A DNA stretch of 61,262 nt from Octopus sinensis (lineage: Eukaryota), in the NCBI RefSeq assembly GCF_006345805.1, contig NW_021832393.1, forward strand, positions 1 to 61,262. The letters run 5' to 3'. Position 1 is the first letter of the stretch; each line of letters begins with the position of its first letter. Made by a program: the position numbers and the translations under genes. The notes beneath the pieces were generated by a model. The model had not been told where the DNA came from and ran no database searches. It worked only from the letters and a program-made list of their open reading frames with translations. Positions 12,467-24,496 of the stretch are shown here, piece after piece.

Positions 12467-12502
12467 CTGGCATTGTGGTGGTGTTCACAAGAGGAAAGGT
12501 AT

Positions 12503-12835
12503 GATAATGTTGATGATGATGATGATGACGACAATGATGATGACAATGATGACGACGACGATTACAACGACGATGATGACGACGATGATGATGACAATGA
12601 TGACGACGACGATTACAACGACGATGAGGGTGATGATGATGGTGAAGATGATGGTGATGATGAAGACGAAGGGGAGGAGGAGAGCGACAACGACATCGAT
12701 GTTGGTGATGATGAGGAGGATGAGATGAAGAAGAGGAGGATGAGATGAAGAAGATGAGGAGGATGTGGATGAAGACCACAACGACGATGATGATGATGGT
12801 GTTGATGATGAATGATGATGATGATGATGATGCTG
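12503..12835. repeat. (GAT/GAC/GAG)n trinucleotide tract
   Basis: Direct inspection. Confidence 0.9.
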
Positions 12836-13180
12836 GGAGAGGTGAGGTAGGTGTAAATACTACCACGTGACTGTGGATACGTTGTTATTGTAGTTGTTCC
12901 GGCAATCGTAATCGAGAAGACTTCTGGTGAAAGACATTCGGCATTGACCAGTCCTACTTCCGATGAATATCTAGGACTTCACCTAACATGTCGTTTCCTC
13001 TTTTTTACGTAAGATTTAGCAGCTATTTCTTGCAAGTCAAGCTATCATGTTGATATCTCAGTCATTAGTACAAACACATATGTTTTAAGGTTTAGAAATT
13101 ATTTTGTTAGATATTTCTTGAAGGTCTAATTACCACATAACTGCTGCTGGTTAGTGCCCTCGCTCACTTTAGCGACCTGT

Positions 13181-13240
<60 letters not shown>

Positions 13241-13244
<4 letters not shown>

Positions 13245-13428
13245 AAAGTTTACGAAAAAAAAAAAAAAAAGACAAAGACAGGTGGTGTACAAAACAAACA
13301 GATGTATTTATAAACGCTCAGAATGAAAAAATCTTTTACGTTTCGAGCCTACGCTCTTCTACAGAAAGGTACACAGAAAAAACAAGGAGAGAAAAAAAAA
13401 GGAGAGAAAAATGTGTGTAGTGGCTAAC
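13241..13428 (-). mobile_element. TA-flanked short element carrying a hammerhead-like motif
   Basis: Reverse complement aligns end to end with 56459-56634, and it abuts (TA)n at 13181-13240. Confidence 0.8.
13332..13369 (-). ncRNA. Minimal type I hammerhead-like motif with variant core CUGUAGA
   Basis: CCTTT-CTGTAGA-A-GAGC(GTAG)GCTC-GAAA-CG-TA-AAAGA. Confidence 0.6.
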
Positions 13429-13550
13429 GTCATTACTATACAATAATGCCACACGCTAGGAGGGACTCGTAAAGTCAAAACTACCAAAATAAATAAATAC
13501 ATCGTACCGAATTCAACTCTCGAAGCAAGTCATTTAAAAACAGAATTTAG

Positions 13551-13610
13551 CTGCAGATCACTGTGATTTCATAATTAGTGCAGTAATGCACTTTTTAATC
13601 ATCAGTGTAA
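13551..13610 (-). ncRNA. Candidate type I hammerhead ribozyme
   Basis: TTACA-CTGATGA-..AGTGCA(TTAC)TGCACT..-GAAA-TCAC(A)GTGA-TC-TGCAG. Canonical core, near-palindromic helix III, one mismatch in helix I. Confidence 0.6.
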
Positions 13611-13923
13611 GCATAATTCAAGATTTATAACGAATGAACAAAATCAACATACCAGACGAACCACTAATGTATCCAACGTAGCATATAGAAATGTTCACCC
13701 TTTATACATCTATGTAAATGGCAGGCTTTTTCGAATTGCATTTCGGTAACAACGTGCTTATTCGGAATAAAAATTCAGTACTGAATATACTCCGATTAAT
13801 TTACAATTCAAAAATAGGATAAAATCTTTATAAGAATTTATCAAGTAGTTAGCGTGAAAAAACCTCATAAGAGAAACAGAAATGATAAAAAGATAAATTC
13901 TTATAAAGATTTTATCCTATTTT

Positions 13924-13966
<43 letters not shown>

Positions 13967-14831
13967 AAAATTCTTAAACAACACACATCTATTTTCACCC
14001 ACCCTGGAACCAATCAAAAACAGCCCCCCCACACCGCAGACACTTGTATACGTGTATGTGCACGCACACAGGGACACACACACTCACCCAATCTCACCTC
14101 CATACAGGCACTATATACACACCCAGCACCATGTCAAATGCCATCCACACTCATGCATGCGTACACACGCACGCACACGCACACACACACGCCACACACC
14201 ACGCACACACAACACCATACAACCACACACACTTGACAAACAGACGCCATCTGACCAAATACTACAGACAAACAGACACATCTATTCACACCACATGTAT
14301 ATGTATGCACGCACACATACACGCAGAGACACACATATTCACCTCATCCTAACCCCAAAATCATTGATGCTTGAAGGAGAACCAAAAAAAGAAAAAAACG
14401 GGTACATCTTTTTCAATTCCACATTTCTGCTAAAACGGACAGGTCATTAAACAACCTCGCCACTACATTAATGTAAATCTTAATGTAAATTTTTTGAATT
14501 CATAATATTCTATACTGAACTTTTTTTGATAATTCCTCCTGGAAATTACCCTGAGATGTAAATATATTTGTTTTAATCTTTTCTTTTTCTGCCCATTTTT
14601 TAAATGAGCTTGTTAAACCTCTTTATATTCTCATCATACTGTTGTACTTTTTTATGTCCTTAACATGTCCCTGTTACCAAAGACTGTAATATACATGTAA
14701 TGTAGCAATTTGCAACAACCAATAATTAACGCAACCAAACTTCCATATGTTACTTTTGACAATCTTTTCCAAAGAGTGAAACCGTTTAAGTAAATAAACA
14801 TCTTTTAAATTGCTTTTCAAACCTTCTTTCG

Positions 14832-14884
<53 letters not shown>

Positions 14885-14894
14885 ATATATATAT

Positions 14895-15055
14895 AGGACG
14901 GGTTCTTTCAGTTTTCGTCTACCAAATCCACTCATAATGCTTTGATCAGCCTTAGGATGTAGCAGAAGACACTTGCCCAAAGTGCCAGGCAGTAAGATCG
15001 AATCCGGAACCATGTGCTTAGGAAGCAATCTTCTTACTACATAGTCACGCCTCGC
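14895..15055 (-). mobile_element. SINE family B, 5' half (diverged)
   Basis: TTCTTTCAGTTTTCGTCTACCAAATCC...GAAGACACTTGCCCAA. Confidence 0.75.
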
Positions 15056-15515
15056 AAATTTACTTTCTATTTCGCTGCTTTCGTGTGATTTCAGCTGTGC
15101 TGCCCATTCTCCACTGTTCTCTTATATCTCTGCCATTCTCTACTCCCATGTCAATTTTATTACTGATCCCCTGACCAGTCCTTAACCCCAATTTCGTATT
15201 TTTAGGATTTTCACAATCCACTGCCTTGTTTAATTTCATTTTTAAAAAAATATTCCAGCATATTTTTCTTTGTTTCATCAACAAATGTTTGATTTCATTT
15301 ATCTTCCTGTTTGAAATAAAAATTTTAACTCTCCATGTAAACAATGTTTGTCTTTAAAAGTATTTAAAGTATTTCCTAAACTGAGGTCACGAGGTCTTTA
15401 GAATATCAACAACTACTACCCGCCTCCACTTTTCTCGTATCACATGTGAACGGGTGTAGTTTCCGGTAAAAGATAAGTTGCATTTACAATAGCAATATTT
15501 TTTTAATGCTATTAA

Positions 15516-15817
15516 GTTGACACATACTGTTGTGTCTGGGGAGAGTCATTTTCTTTTTGTGCATTATAATATAACACACTCACTGGTAAAATTTCCACTT
15601 TTTTCTTTTTTTATTTTTCTAAAATTTTTCTAAACTTTTCGTTGCGTCTTGCAACCTTTTCAATAGAGTCAAAACTATTGAAAAGGTTGCAAGACGCAAC
15701 GAAAATTTTAGAAAAATAAAAATAATAAAAAAGTGGAAATTTTACAGGTGAGTGTGTTACATAATAAGGCACAAAAAGAAAATGACTCTCCCCAGACACA
15801 ACAGTATATGCTTCAAC
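15516..15817. mobile_element. Fold-back element or MITE with about 150-bp inverted arms and an 8-nt spacer
   Basis: CATACTGTTGTGTCTGGGGAGAGTCATTTTCTTTTTGTG...GCAACCTTTTCAATAG is mirrored on the right arm. Confidence 0.8.
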
Positions 15818-15879
15818 ACACGAACTCGTATAAAGAATCTTGCAAACCAAATCCAAAAACGAAATAAGTTGACACAGTT

Positions 15880-16350
15880 TGTGGCTTCCACATGCAATGT
15901 TCTCTTCTTAGGTTGGAATTCCAAATTTCCCAGGCAAATCAAGACCAATCTGTTCATTGCAACCGTCGAATCACTGCTATTATTATATGGCAGTGGAACA
16001 TGGACACTGACAAAGAAATTATCAAACGGGCTAAATGGATGCTACGCAAAGATGCTTTGATTGGCCCTAAATGTGAAATGGCAGCAACATATGACAAATA
16101 AATGCATTCATGGTTACCTGGCGAAAGTTAGCGAGAAGAGCAGACAAAGACAGCTGCGACCATCTGATGACTGTGTGCGTCACCTTGAACTGGAACCCTC
16201 CGAATTAGTCTTATGGAAGCCACTTCGTGGTAATGTAAGAAGAGGAAAAGTCATCACACATCGACAATTTGATTGCAGGCACTGGCCTGGAAGATATACA
16301 GAACCTCGAGGTAGTGATGATGGGCCGAGAAGTATGGCGGGTAGACTTTG
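15880..16350 (+). pseudogene. RTE-clade LINE ORF C-terminal fragment
   Basis: KTNLFIATVES..LYGSGTWTLTKK....NGCY.KML*LALNVKWQQH.TN...LVLWKP...RRG is typical of the post-RT region of RTE elements. Confidence 0.8.
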
Positions 16351-16447
16351 CCTAGTGGCTTACAAGAATAAGTCCTGGGGTCGATTTGCTCGACTAAAGG
16401 CGGTGCTCCAGCATGGCCACAGTTAAATGACTGAAACAAGTAAAAGA

Positions 16448-16510
<63 letters not shown>

Positions 16511-16532
16511 GAAGGTTGAAAGGGAACACACG

Positions 16533-16921
16533 AGTTGATATAAATGCAAAAAAAGTCAAGGTAGAAAATGCTGAAATAATTTTGTAAAAAGCATTTCAGT
16601 ACCGGTTTCTGCCATTGAGACGTTTTCAACTATAAATATGGAAAAATTGAAAGAAAAGATTTTTAAAAGAGATAGATAGAGAGATCGAACCCACAAGAGT
16701 AAACGAGAGAGACAGAGACAAGCAGAAACAAGAAAATACCCCTTGTGTATTTGCATACTATGCAAATATTCTTTTAAAAAACTTTTCTTTAAATTTTTCC
16801 AAAATTTAATTGTTTTTCATGCTTACAGTTGAAAAAGTCTCTATGACTGAAACCGGTACTGAAATGTATTTTATAAAATTATTTTATTTCTACCCTGACT
16901 TTTTTCCCATTTATATCAACT
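16533..16921. mobile_element. MITE-like element with long imperfect TIRs
   Basis: AGTTGATATAAATG...CATTTCAGTACCGGTTTC versus GAAACCGGTACTGAAATG...CATTTATATCAACT. Confidence 0.7.
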
Positions 16922-17255
16922 TCAATGTTTGAAGTCTAATGACTGAAACAAGTAAAAAAATAAAAGAATATTAATTCTGTTCTCCTATACACTCTTGTGA
17001 TTTGAGTGGGTTTGCGTTATTTATTCCGGTTGTGCACAGCCTGAGTTTTAATTCGGCCGAGATGAATTTACCTCTCATCCATTCAGAGGACCTAATAAAT
17101 AACATACCAACGCAATGCTGGTGCTGGTGCTAGCGCTACACTTTCTCCTTGAAAGTTCCGTTGCGTCAAGGATGGAGAGATCGAGAGAATGTTCCTATCT
17201 GCTCGCTATGAACATCTACAAAACATTACTGAAAAACACACAACGCATTGATACC

Positions 17256-17487
17256 TATTTCTTTACTACCCACAAGGGGCTAAACACAGAGCGGACAAAC
17301 AAGGACAGACAAACGGATTAAGTCGATTATATCGACCCCAATGTGTAACTGGTACTTATTTAATCAACCCCGAAAGGATGAAAGGCAGAGTCGACCTCGG
17401 CGGTATTTGAACTCAGAACGTAGCGGCAGACGAAATACCGCAAAGCATTTCGCCCGGCGTATTAACCATTCTGCCAGCTCGCCGCCT
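17256..17487 (-). mobile_element. SINE family A, full length
   Basis: Consensus match; imperfect flanking duplication CAAC(G/A)CATTGA. Confidence 0.85.
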
Positions 17488-18169
17488 TCAACACATTGAG
17501 ATCAAGTGATTCTCGATTACAAAAGACGATCGCAGTTTCGCAGTTTTGTATGCAGGAAAAAAAAACAACAACAAAAACCAAAAAACAAAAAAAGGAAACA
17601 AGAAAAGGAAACTTACAATCTCATTTTCCACTCGCCGAATTTTTTTATTCATTTTAATTTTAATATCTATAGCCTTAAACTGCACCGAATTACCTAATTA
17701 GTTATAAAAATTCATTCGGCACAGATATAGAAGAGTGAGAAGTGTGTGATTTCATTGAAGTCAAGTCGATCAAGTGTGATGGATACGAGCAGAGCAGTGA
17801 GCGTGTGTGTTCTGAACAGCTACAGGGCTTCGTCTTTTTTTTTACTTAGTATGGCGTGTGTGTTTTGATGCGTATATTAGATAATTATTGATGTATCGCT
17901 GTAATTCATATCTGCTTTATTTGTTTATATGGAACATCACAGTTTGTGTTTTTCTTTTCGTTTCATTCATTTCATTTATTCACTTCAGATTTTGTGGTTG
18001 CCCCAAGTAATATGTAATTATCTGTAATTATTCGTTGAGCATCTCCGGTGCGCCATACTTTTGCTTAGACCGGTTGAAATGCACTTAGAGCTTTTTTGTG
18101 AGTCTTATTGTTGTATACACACACGCACACGCACGCACACACATACACACGTACACACAGGCACACACG

Positions 18170-18566
18170 GATATAAATGTATGCATATGTATGTATAATA
18201 TATGTATATATATGTGTGTGTATGTATGTATGTATGTATGTGTGTTTGTATGTATGTATGTAAGTGTGTATGTATGTATGTGTGTGTGTATGTATGTATG
18301 TGTGTGTGTATGTATGTATGTATGCATGTATGTGTGCATGTATGTATGTATTTATGTATGTATGTATTATGTATGCATGTATGTATGTATGTATGTATGT
18401 TTGTATGTATGTATGTATGTATGTGTGTGTGTATGTATGTATGTTTGTATGTATGTATGTATGTATTCATGTATGCGTGTATGTATGTATGTATGTATGT
18501 ATGTGTGTATGTATGTATGACTGTATTATGTATGTGTGTGTGTATGTATGCATGTATGTATGTATG

Positions 18567-18598
<32 letters not shown>

Positions 18599-18718
18599 CA
18601 TGTATGTATGTATGTATGTATGTATGTATGTATGTATGCATGCATGCATGTATGTATGTATGTATGTATGTATGTATGTATGTATATATGTGTATATGTG
18701 TGCATGTATGTATGTATT
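18170..18718. repeat. (TATG)n compound microsatellite
   Basis: Direct inspection. Confidence 0.97.
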
Positions 18719-18794
18719 GATTGATTGATTGTCTGAAGTGGTGCGCAGATTTTATGTATTAAGAAAAAGGAGGTAGCAAAATTTTGAATAGTTA

Positions 18795-18895
18795 GGCGTA
18801 GAAGTGGCTGTGTGGTAAGGAGCTTGCTTATCAACCACATGGTTCTGGGTTCAGTCCCACTGCGTGCCACCTTGTGAGTGGATTTGGTTGACGGA

Positions 18896-18945
<50 letters not shown>

Positions 18946-18975
18946 TTGTCCCTCCCAACATCGCTTGACAACCGA
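18795..18975 (+). mobile_element. SINE family B, internally deleted
   Basis: GGCTGTGTGGTAAG head; GGTTCAGTCCCACTGCGTG; internal (TG)n. Confidence 0.75.
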
Positions 18976-19025
18976 TGTGTGTGTGTGTGTGTCTGTGTCA
19001 GTGTGTGTGTATATATATATATATA

Positions 19026-19114
19026 TTTCTATTCCTGAGCGTTATACTAATACATCTGTTTGTTTTGTACACCACTTGTCTTCGTCTTTGGTATTTTTCG
19101 TGAACTCTCACCCT
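19026..19114 (+). mobile_element. 3' part only of the TA-flanked hammerhead element
   Basis: TTTCTATTCCTGAGCGTTATACTAATACAT...GTGAACTCTCACCCT matches 56546-56634. Confidence 0.7.
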
Positions 19115-19606
19115 ATATTCTAAAAAATATATATTACGGGATACACACCAAGGCTCTAATTCCAAAATTAAAAGAGTTTCAAATTTTGATACAGGACCAA
19201 CAATTTTTGCGGGAAAGTGGTGGGGAAGTCGAGTACATCGGCCTCAGTACTTGACTGGTACTTATTTTATCGACTCCGAAAATATGAAATCAAGACCTCA
19301 GCGAAATTTAAACTTAGAACGTATTGGCGGACGTAATGCTGGTAAATATTTCGTCCGGCATGCTAACGGTTCTGCCAACTCGTCGACTTTAATTCTATAA
19401 TAAAAATGCTTTCAAATTTTGACAAAAACCCGAGCAGTTTTGTGTAAGTTTATTACATCGATCCCAGTGTTCAACTGGTACTTATTTTACCGACCCCGAA
19501 AGAATGGAAGGCAAAGTCGGCCGTGGTAACATTTGAACTCAGAACATACAGTTGGAAGAAACGCCGTTAAGCTCGCCGCCTTAGAATTCTAATAATAAGA
19601 ATCCTT

Positions 19607-20141
19607 GGAAAGACTTCCACCCGTCTCCCCACCCCATCTTCTTCCAAATTTGTTTATTTTTGTAATTTTTTTGCCAAAAATGCCCGTTTTCGAATACGGA
19701 GGTTCGGGAAATTGCCAAAAATCGGCATTGTGAAATTACCCCCATTCCCCCAACTTCTTCAGTTTTGACTTTTTTCCTCAACACTAACCCTAAAACCCTA
19801 ACCATAAGTACAGAAATGTTTTGAAAATTTTGTCCGAATCATGATGTCCGTATTTTTCCGCGTATTTAGGAAATAAAAATTCTTAAAAAATAATTTTACA
19901 AAGATTTTTGGAAATATTTTTCAGAATCATAATCTCCGTATTTTTCCGCATATTTTGAAGAAAAAGAAATTGTGAAAAAAGTTAAGAATGAAGGAAATGG
20001 CGTGAAGGTGGTAATTTAGAAATGTCGACTTTTGCCAATTTTTTTGCAGATTCGTATTCCCCGTAGCCGAAAAGGGAAGGGGTGGGAAAAAAAGAAAAAA
20101 TTTTATAAAAAGGGTGGTTTGGGGTGGGCAGAAGTCTTGCC
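19607..20141. mobile_element. Non-autonomous TIR element with GG termini and an 8-bp TSD
   Basis: TIR GG(A/C)AAGACTTC; TSD GAATCCTT at 19599-19606 and 20142-20149; internal CTAACCCTAAAACCCTAACC. Confidence 0.8.
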
Positions 20142-21208
20142 GAATCCTTTCTACTGGAGGCACAAGGCCTCAAATTTGTGGAGTGGGGACTAGTCGATTA
20201 TATCAACCCCAGTGTTTCACTGGTACTTAATTTATCGACCCCGAAAGGATGAAAGGCAAAGTCAACCTCGACGGAATTCTAATAATAATATTAATATGAA
20301 TTGTTGCAACCACTCAACTGCAACCATAAAAAGAAAACAAACGAACAAAGCACTAGCTCAACTTGAACTCACGATTCACTAATTCGTAATGCGCATTAAC
20401 GAACCAGCCATGTTACCTGTCGCTCTCAAACCTATTGACCCCAAAATAAGTAATGAAAATCCTTCATGAAATAAGCAAAACTTCTTATATTTAATTACAC
20501 ATTTGCTTTGTCGTTAGCAACATTTGTTGTAATCGTACAAAACTGTTATTATTAACTCAACTCCATGTTAACATACAGCGATTGTGAACTTATTTATTTT
20601 CAACTTTATCTCTCAACATATTTATCTTTATTTTGCATTTGATGTTATTGTTGTTGTTCCTCCCAGTCGTCATCATCATCATCGTCATCGTTTTCGTCAT
20701 CTTCTTTACTCTCTTTCCTTCATCCTCTTCTAAATTTGCCAGCCTCTAGCTTAAATTACCGACTGACCGCCGCCATTTTAATCCTTCGTTGTTTTTGTTT
20801 GATATTTTTTTTCCCTTCACACCGCTTCCGGTAGACAATCTATTGGGTGCCGAAAAATGTGTAAGTTGCTTCAAGTTCTGTTATCTTCCATCCACATTTA
20901 ATGTACTCAGCAGTTCGTATATTCGTCAGGAATTCCCTCCCACCCTGTCTCGTTCTCTCTCCCTCTCTCCTTCTTCCTTCCCTCTCTAATTCTCGATCCT
21001 CTCTTCTATCTCTATCTCTAATTCCCTCTCACTCTCTCTTCTTATTCTCCTCCCTCGGTTTTATGTTGTTAGTGGAGAAGTTTCCTTGCCTAAAGACTTG
21101 TGCAAGTAACTTAGGAGCCAACTAACATGTCACTTTGCATTGTATTAATCTCTGTGTTTATATTCGTTTGTATATATGTGCATACATGCATGTACGTATG
21201 TCTGTGTG

Positions 21209-21243
<35 letters not shown>

Positions 21244-21746
21244 TGCCTATCTGTATATATATAAATGTGATTATGTCTATGTTCGTGTTTCTATACGAGC
21301 GCTTGTTTTTATGATGTTTCTGTGTCTGCTGTATTTCTTTGTATGTGTGAACGTTTGTGTGTTTCCACAAAAGTTTATGTTTATTTTTTCTATGTGCAGC
21401 ACTTCATTTTTGTATAAATTATATGCGTGTGTATATTCATATATAGGTGTGTGGTAAAGATGTATATAAGTGTTTGTTAGAGCGTTGTTTATGCCGATGC
21501 ATGTGGTTGTATATGCGAAATTTTTATGCTGTATTTAGACGTATTTGCATTCATATGTATATGCATGGGCAGATATATATTTTATATATGTATGTATATC
21601 TGTACTTGAACAGGTTTCTACATTTCTGTGCTGCATATATGCGTGCATGAGCTCGAGTAGATGTGCATGTGTATTGTATTTAGGCATGTGAGTGTATGCA
21701 TATGTTTGTGTGTACGTATATCTATATGTATGTATGTATGTATGTA

Positions 21747-21783
<37 letters not shown>

Positions 21784-21872
21784 GCGTGCGTGTGTGTGTG
21801 TGTATTCGCACAAGTGAGTATTCAAACGAAAGGAAAAAGCATTCAACGCATTAATTGGAGTTTTATATGTTA

Positions 21873-22374
21873 CTAGCAGTATCGCCCGGCGTTGCTCGGG
21901 TTTGTAAGGGAAATAACTATATAAGGATTTTTAGAGAGTTACTTCCCTTATAGATGCCAATTCGGGCTTTCTTAGCCATTTCCGTTTTGGTGTCTTCAAG
22001 CCATGAAGTCGTTCCGCTGGTCTCCTTGACAACGCTTTACGACGTTGATTTCCTTACACTCCCTTCCCCACAGCTTCACGAGGGAGGGAAGAAGGGGGAG
22101 AAGCAAACAGGTGCAGGTGTGACCATGGACGCCAACTCCGCCGCCATCGACACACGAAAAATTATGCATTAAAATGGAATAAAAAATTATGTTAAATTAT
22201 TTTTAAAATCGTAGACTCATCGTAGACGCGCGCTAATACTCAGACGGGCTCGATATGAATCACGACTATAAGATACCCGAATTTGGTTAAACTGCACCGC
22301 AAAATGTGGGAGTAGTTAGGAATCTAAATCGAAGGGGACAGACACTCACACAACTACAGTTTTATATATATAGA
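21873..22374 (-). mobile_element. Non-autonomous Helitron
   Basis: On the minus strand: A|TC TATATATATAAAA 5' end, and a CCCGAGCAACGCCGGG hairpin then CTAG|T at the 3' end; homologous to 38662-39064. Confidence 0.85.
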
Positions 22375-22496
22375 TTATTTAAAACCGTTTGATTCGGTCT
22401 CCATACGAGTTAAAGTTCGGTTATCTGAGCTTCTATGAACTGGGTTTCTACAAGAAAACTCTGAAACTTGGTTGCATGGAGTTGAATGAAACTCTT

Positions 22497-22706
22497 TTTA
22501 CTCTTTTACTCTTTTACTTGTTTCAGTCATTTGACTGCGGCCATGCTGGAGCACCGCCTTTAGTCGAGCAAATCGACCCCGGGATTTATTCTTTGTAAGC
22601 CCAGTACTTATTCTATCTGTCTCTTTTGCCGAACCGCTAAGTGACGGGGACGTAAACACACCACCATCGGTTGTCAAGCAATGCTAGGGGGACAAACACA
22701 GACACA

Positions 22707-22762
<56 letters not shown>

Positions 22763-22922
22763 CATATATACGACAGGCTTCTTTCAGTTTCCGTCTACCA
22801 AATCCACTCACAAAGCATTGGTCGGCCCAGGGCTATAGCAGAAGACACTTGCCCAAGATGCCACGCAGTGGGACTGAACCCGCAACCATGTGGTTGGTTA
22901 ACAAGCTACTTACCACACAGCC
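22497..22922 (-). mobile_element. SINE family B, near full length
   Basis: Consensus match with an internal (TA)(TG) tract and a (AAAAGAGT)n tail. Confidence 0.88.
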
Positions 22923-22933
22923 AAACTGTTGTA

Positions 22934-23014
<81 letters not shown>

Positions 23015-23015
<1 letters not shown>

Positions 23016-23520
23016 GATTGGAAGTGTTATCATGTACATTGTTTTGTCTTGGTATAAAAGATGGGCTACAGGAAATATTCTGCTCAATACCACAGATTTG
23101 CTTGTCAGTTGTTTGACCTTAACCAGTTGAGCATGTCCCTTGGTGGCTGACGATATGTGCATCTCTGATCACGAGCAGAAGTAGTGGGGGAGCATCATAG
23201 CCATGTGTTGAGAGGGATTCTTTGGAGTTTGAATAATTCACCTCTGGAAACATGGGTGGTTCTTTCAACATCCTTAAACAACCCTTATTCAGGGACCTTT
23301 TGAGCGGGATGGGCTACTCAACCTGAAGAAAATTGTAACTGGGCCCCATCTGCAAGGTCATACGCTGTTTATCTTGATATGAGATCACCATGTCGCGCAC
23401 ATATGGTTGTGATGCATGTGCCTGGTGTACCCTTATGAGACGTGTAGTCATGATGGGTATATTGGGCTTCGTATATTTTACCCCAGTGTCACTTTGATAG
23501 CATGAACTGCTCTCTCACTC
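23015..23520. mobile_element. About 500-bp unclassified insert embedded in (AAT)n
   Basis: Higher-complexity block with (AAT)n on both sides (22934-23014 and from 23521). Confidence 0.5.
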
Positions 23521-23574
23521 AATAATAATAATAATAATAAACTTTATAATTAATAATAATAAACTTTAATATCT

Positions 23575-23696
23575 ACAACTTCTGTGCCCTAGGGAAAAAG
23601 TTAAGATTTTTTTGCCGATGACACTCCCCGGACCTTAAGTAAGGCATGTGTAAAATTTGAATGAGATTGGTTGTCTAGTTCTCAAGTTTTAGGGAA

Positions 23697-23743
<47 letters not shown>

Positions 23744-23771
23744 CACATTCTCAATTTTATATATATAGAGA
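23575..23771 (-). mobile_element. 5' fragment of a Helitron-like element
   Basis: A|TCTCTATATATATAAAA followed by (TCTG)n, the same 5' architecture as the two complete Helitrons. Confidence 0.55.
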
Positions 23772-24271
23772 TGTATATATATCAATACATGCATTTGTTT
23801 ATATATATATATATATATATAATATATATATATATACATACTAGTATATGTATATATATAAGCATGCATCATATACATATATACGCACATACCTACAAAT
23901 ACATGTGCGTGTGCGTGTGTGTAAGTGCGTGTGTGCATGTGTATGTTACGTATTACATATATATATGTGTGTATGTGTGTATCTATATATATACATATAT
24001 ATACACACGCATATACATACTCCAATTTTGCACACTTGTCTCACACAGAACTTAACCAATACAGCTGAGGAATAACGTCATCATTATCATTGAAAAATCT
24101 TCTAAATTTTCTGTTTTCCTGCAAAAGCTACGCAGCCAGTGAAAAGGAGAGAGAAAATCCTGTTTCCAAACTCTATACTCCACGAATCACACAAACTACA
24201 CATACAGTTCCCGCGTCATAGAACTCCTCCATCGGTTTCAATAGTGCCCCCTCCTGAGGATATAAATAGAG

Positions 24272-24400
24272 AATACCAAACGAGTTCCCTATGGATACCG
24301 TATTTATTACAACGTATCTAACTCGCTTTCGCTCGTTAGATACGTTTACAAGCCACTCGTTGTAATATATACGGTATCCATAGGGAATGAGTTTGGTATT
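24272..24400. repeat. Nested inverted repeat (hairpin)
   Basis: AATACCAAAC..TTCCCTATGGATACCGTAT.TATTACAACG mirrored; inner AACGTATCTAAC/GTTAGATACGTT. Confidence 0.8.
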
Positions 24401-24496
24401 TTATTTATTACACACGAATAAACGACCATATTTTATTAACCCAATAACTAAATTCTTCACGTTTAGTTGTAACTTATGAATGACAAAAGTAATGCC

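Noticed and set aside
12392-12748. Plus-strand poly-Asp ORF
   Set aside because: It is dominated by the GAT/GAC tract and is in antisense register with the better minus-strand frame.
14752-14796. TTGACAA...GAAACCGTTTAAGT hammerhead-like trace
   Set aside because: The core has two substitutions and helix III is out of register.
17093-17230. Minus-strand segment with a good acceptor and a GTATGT donor
   Set aside because: All three frames have stops after the strongest acceptor.
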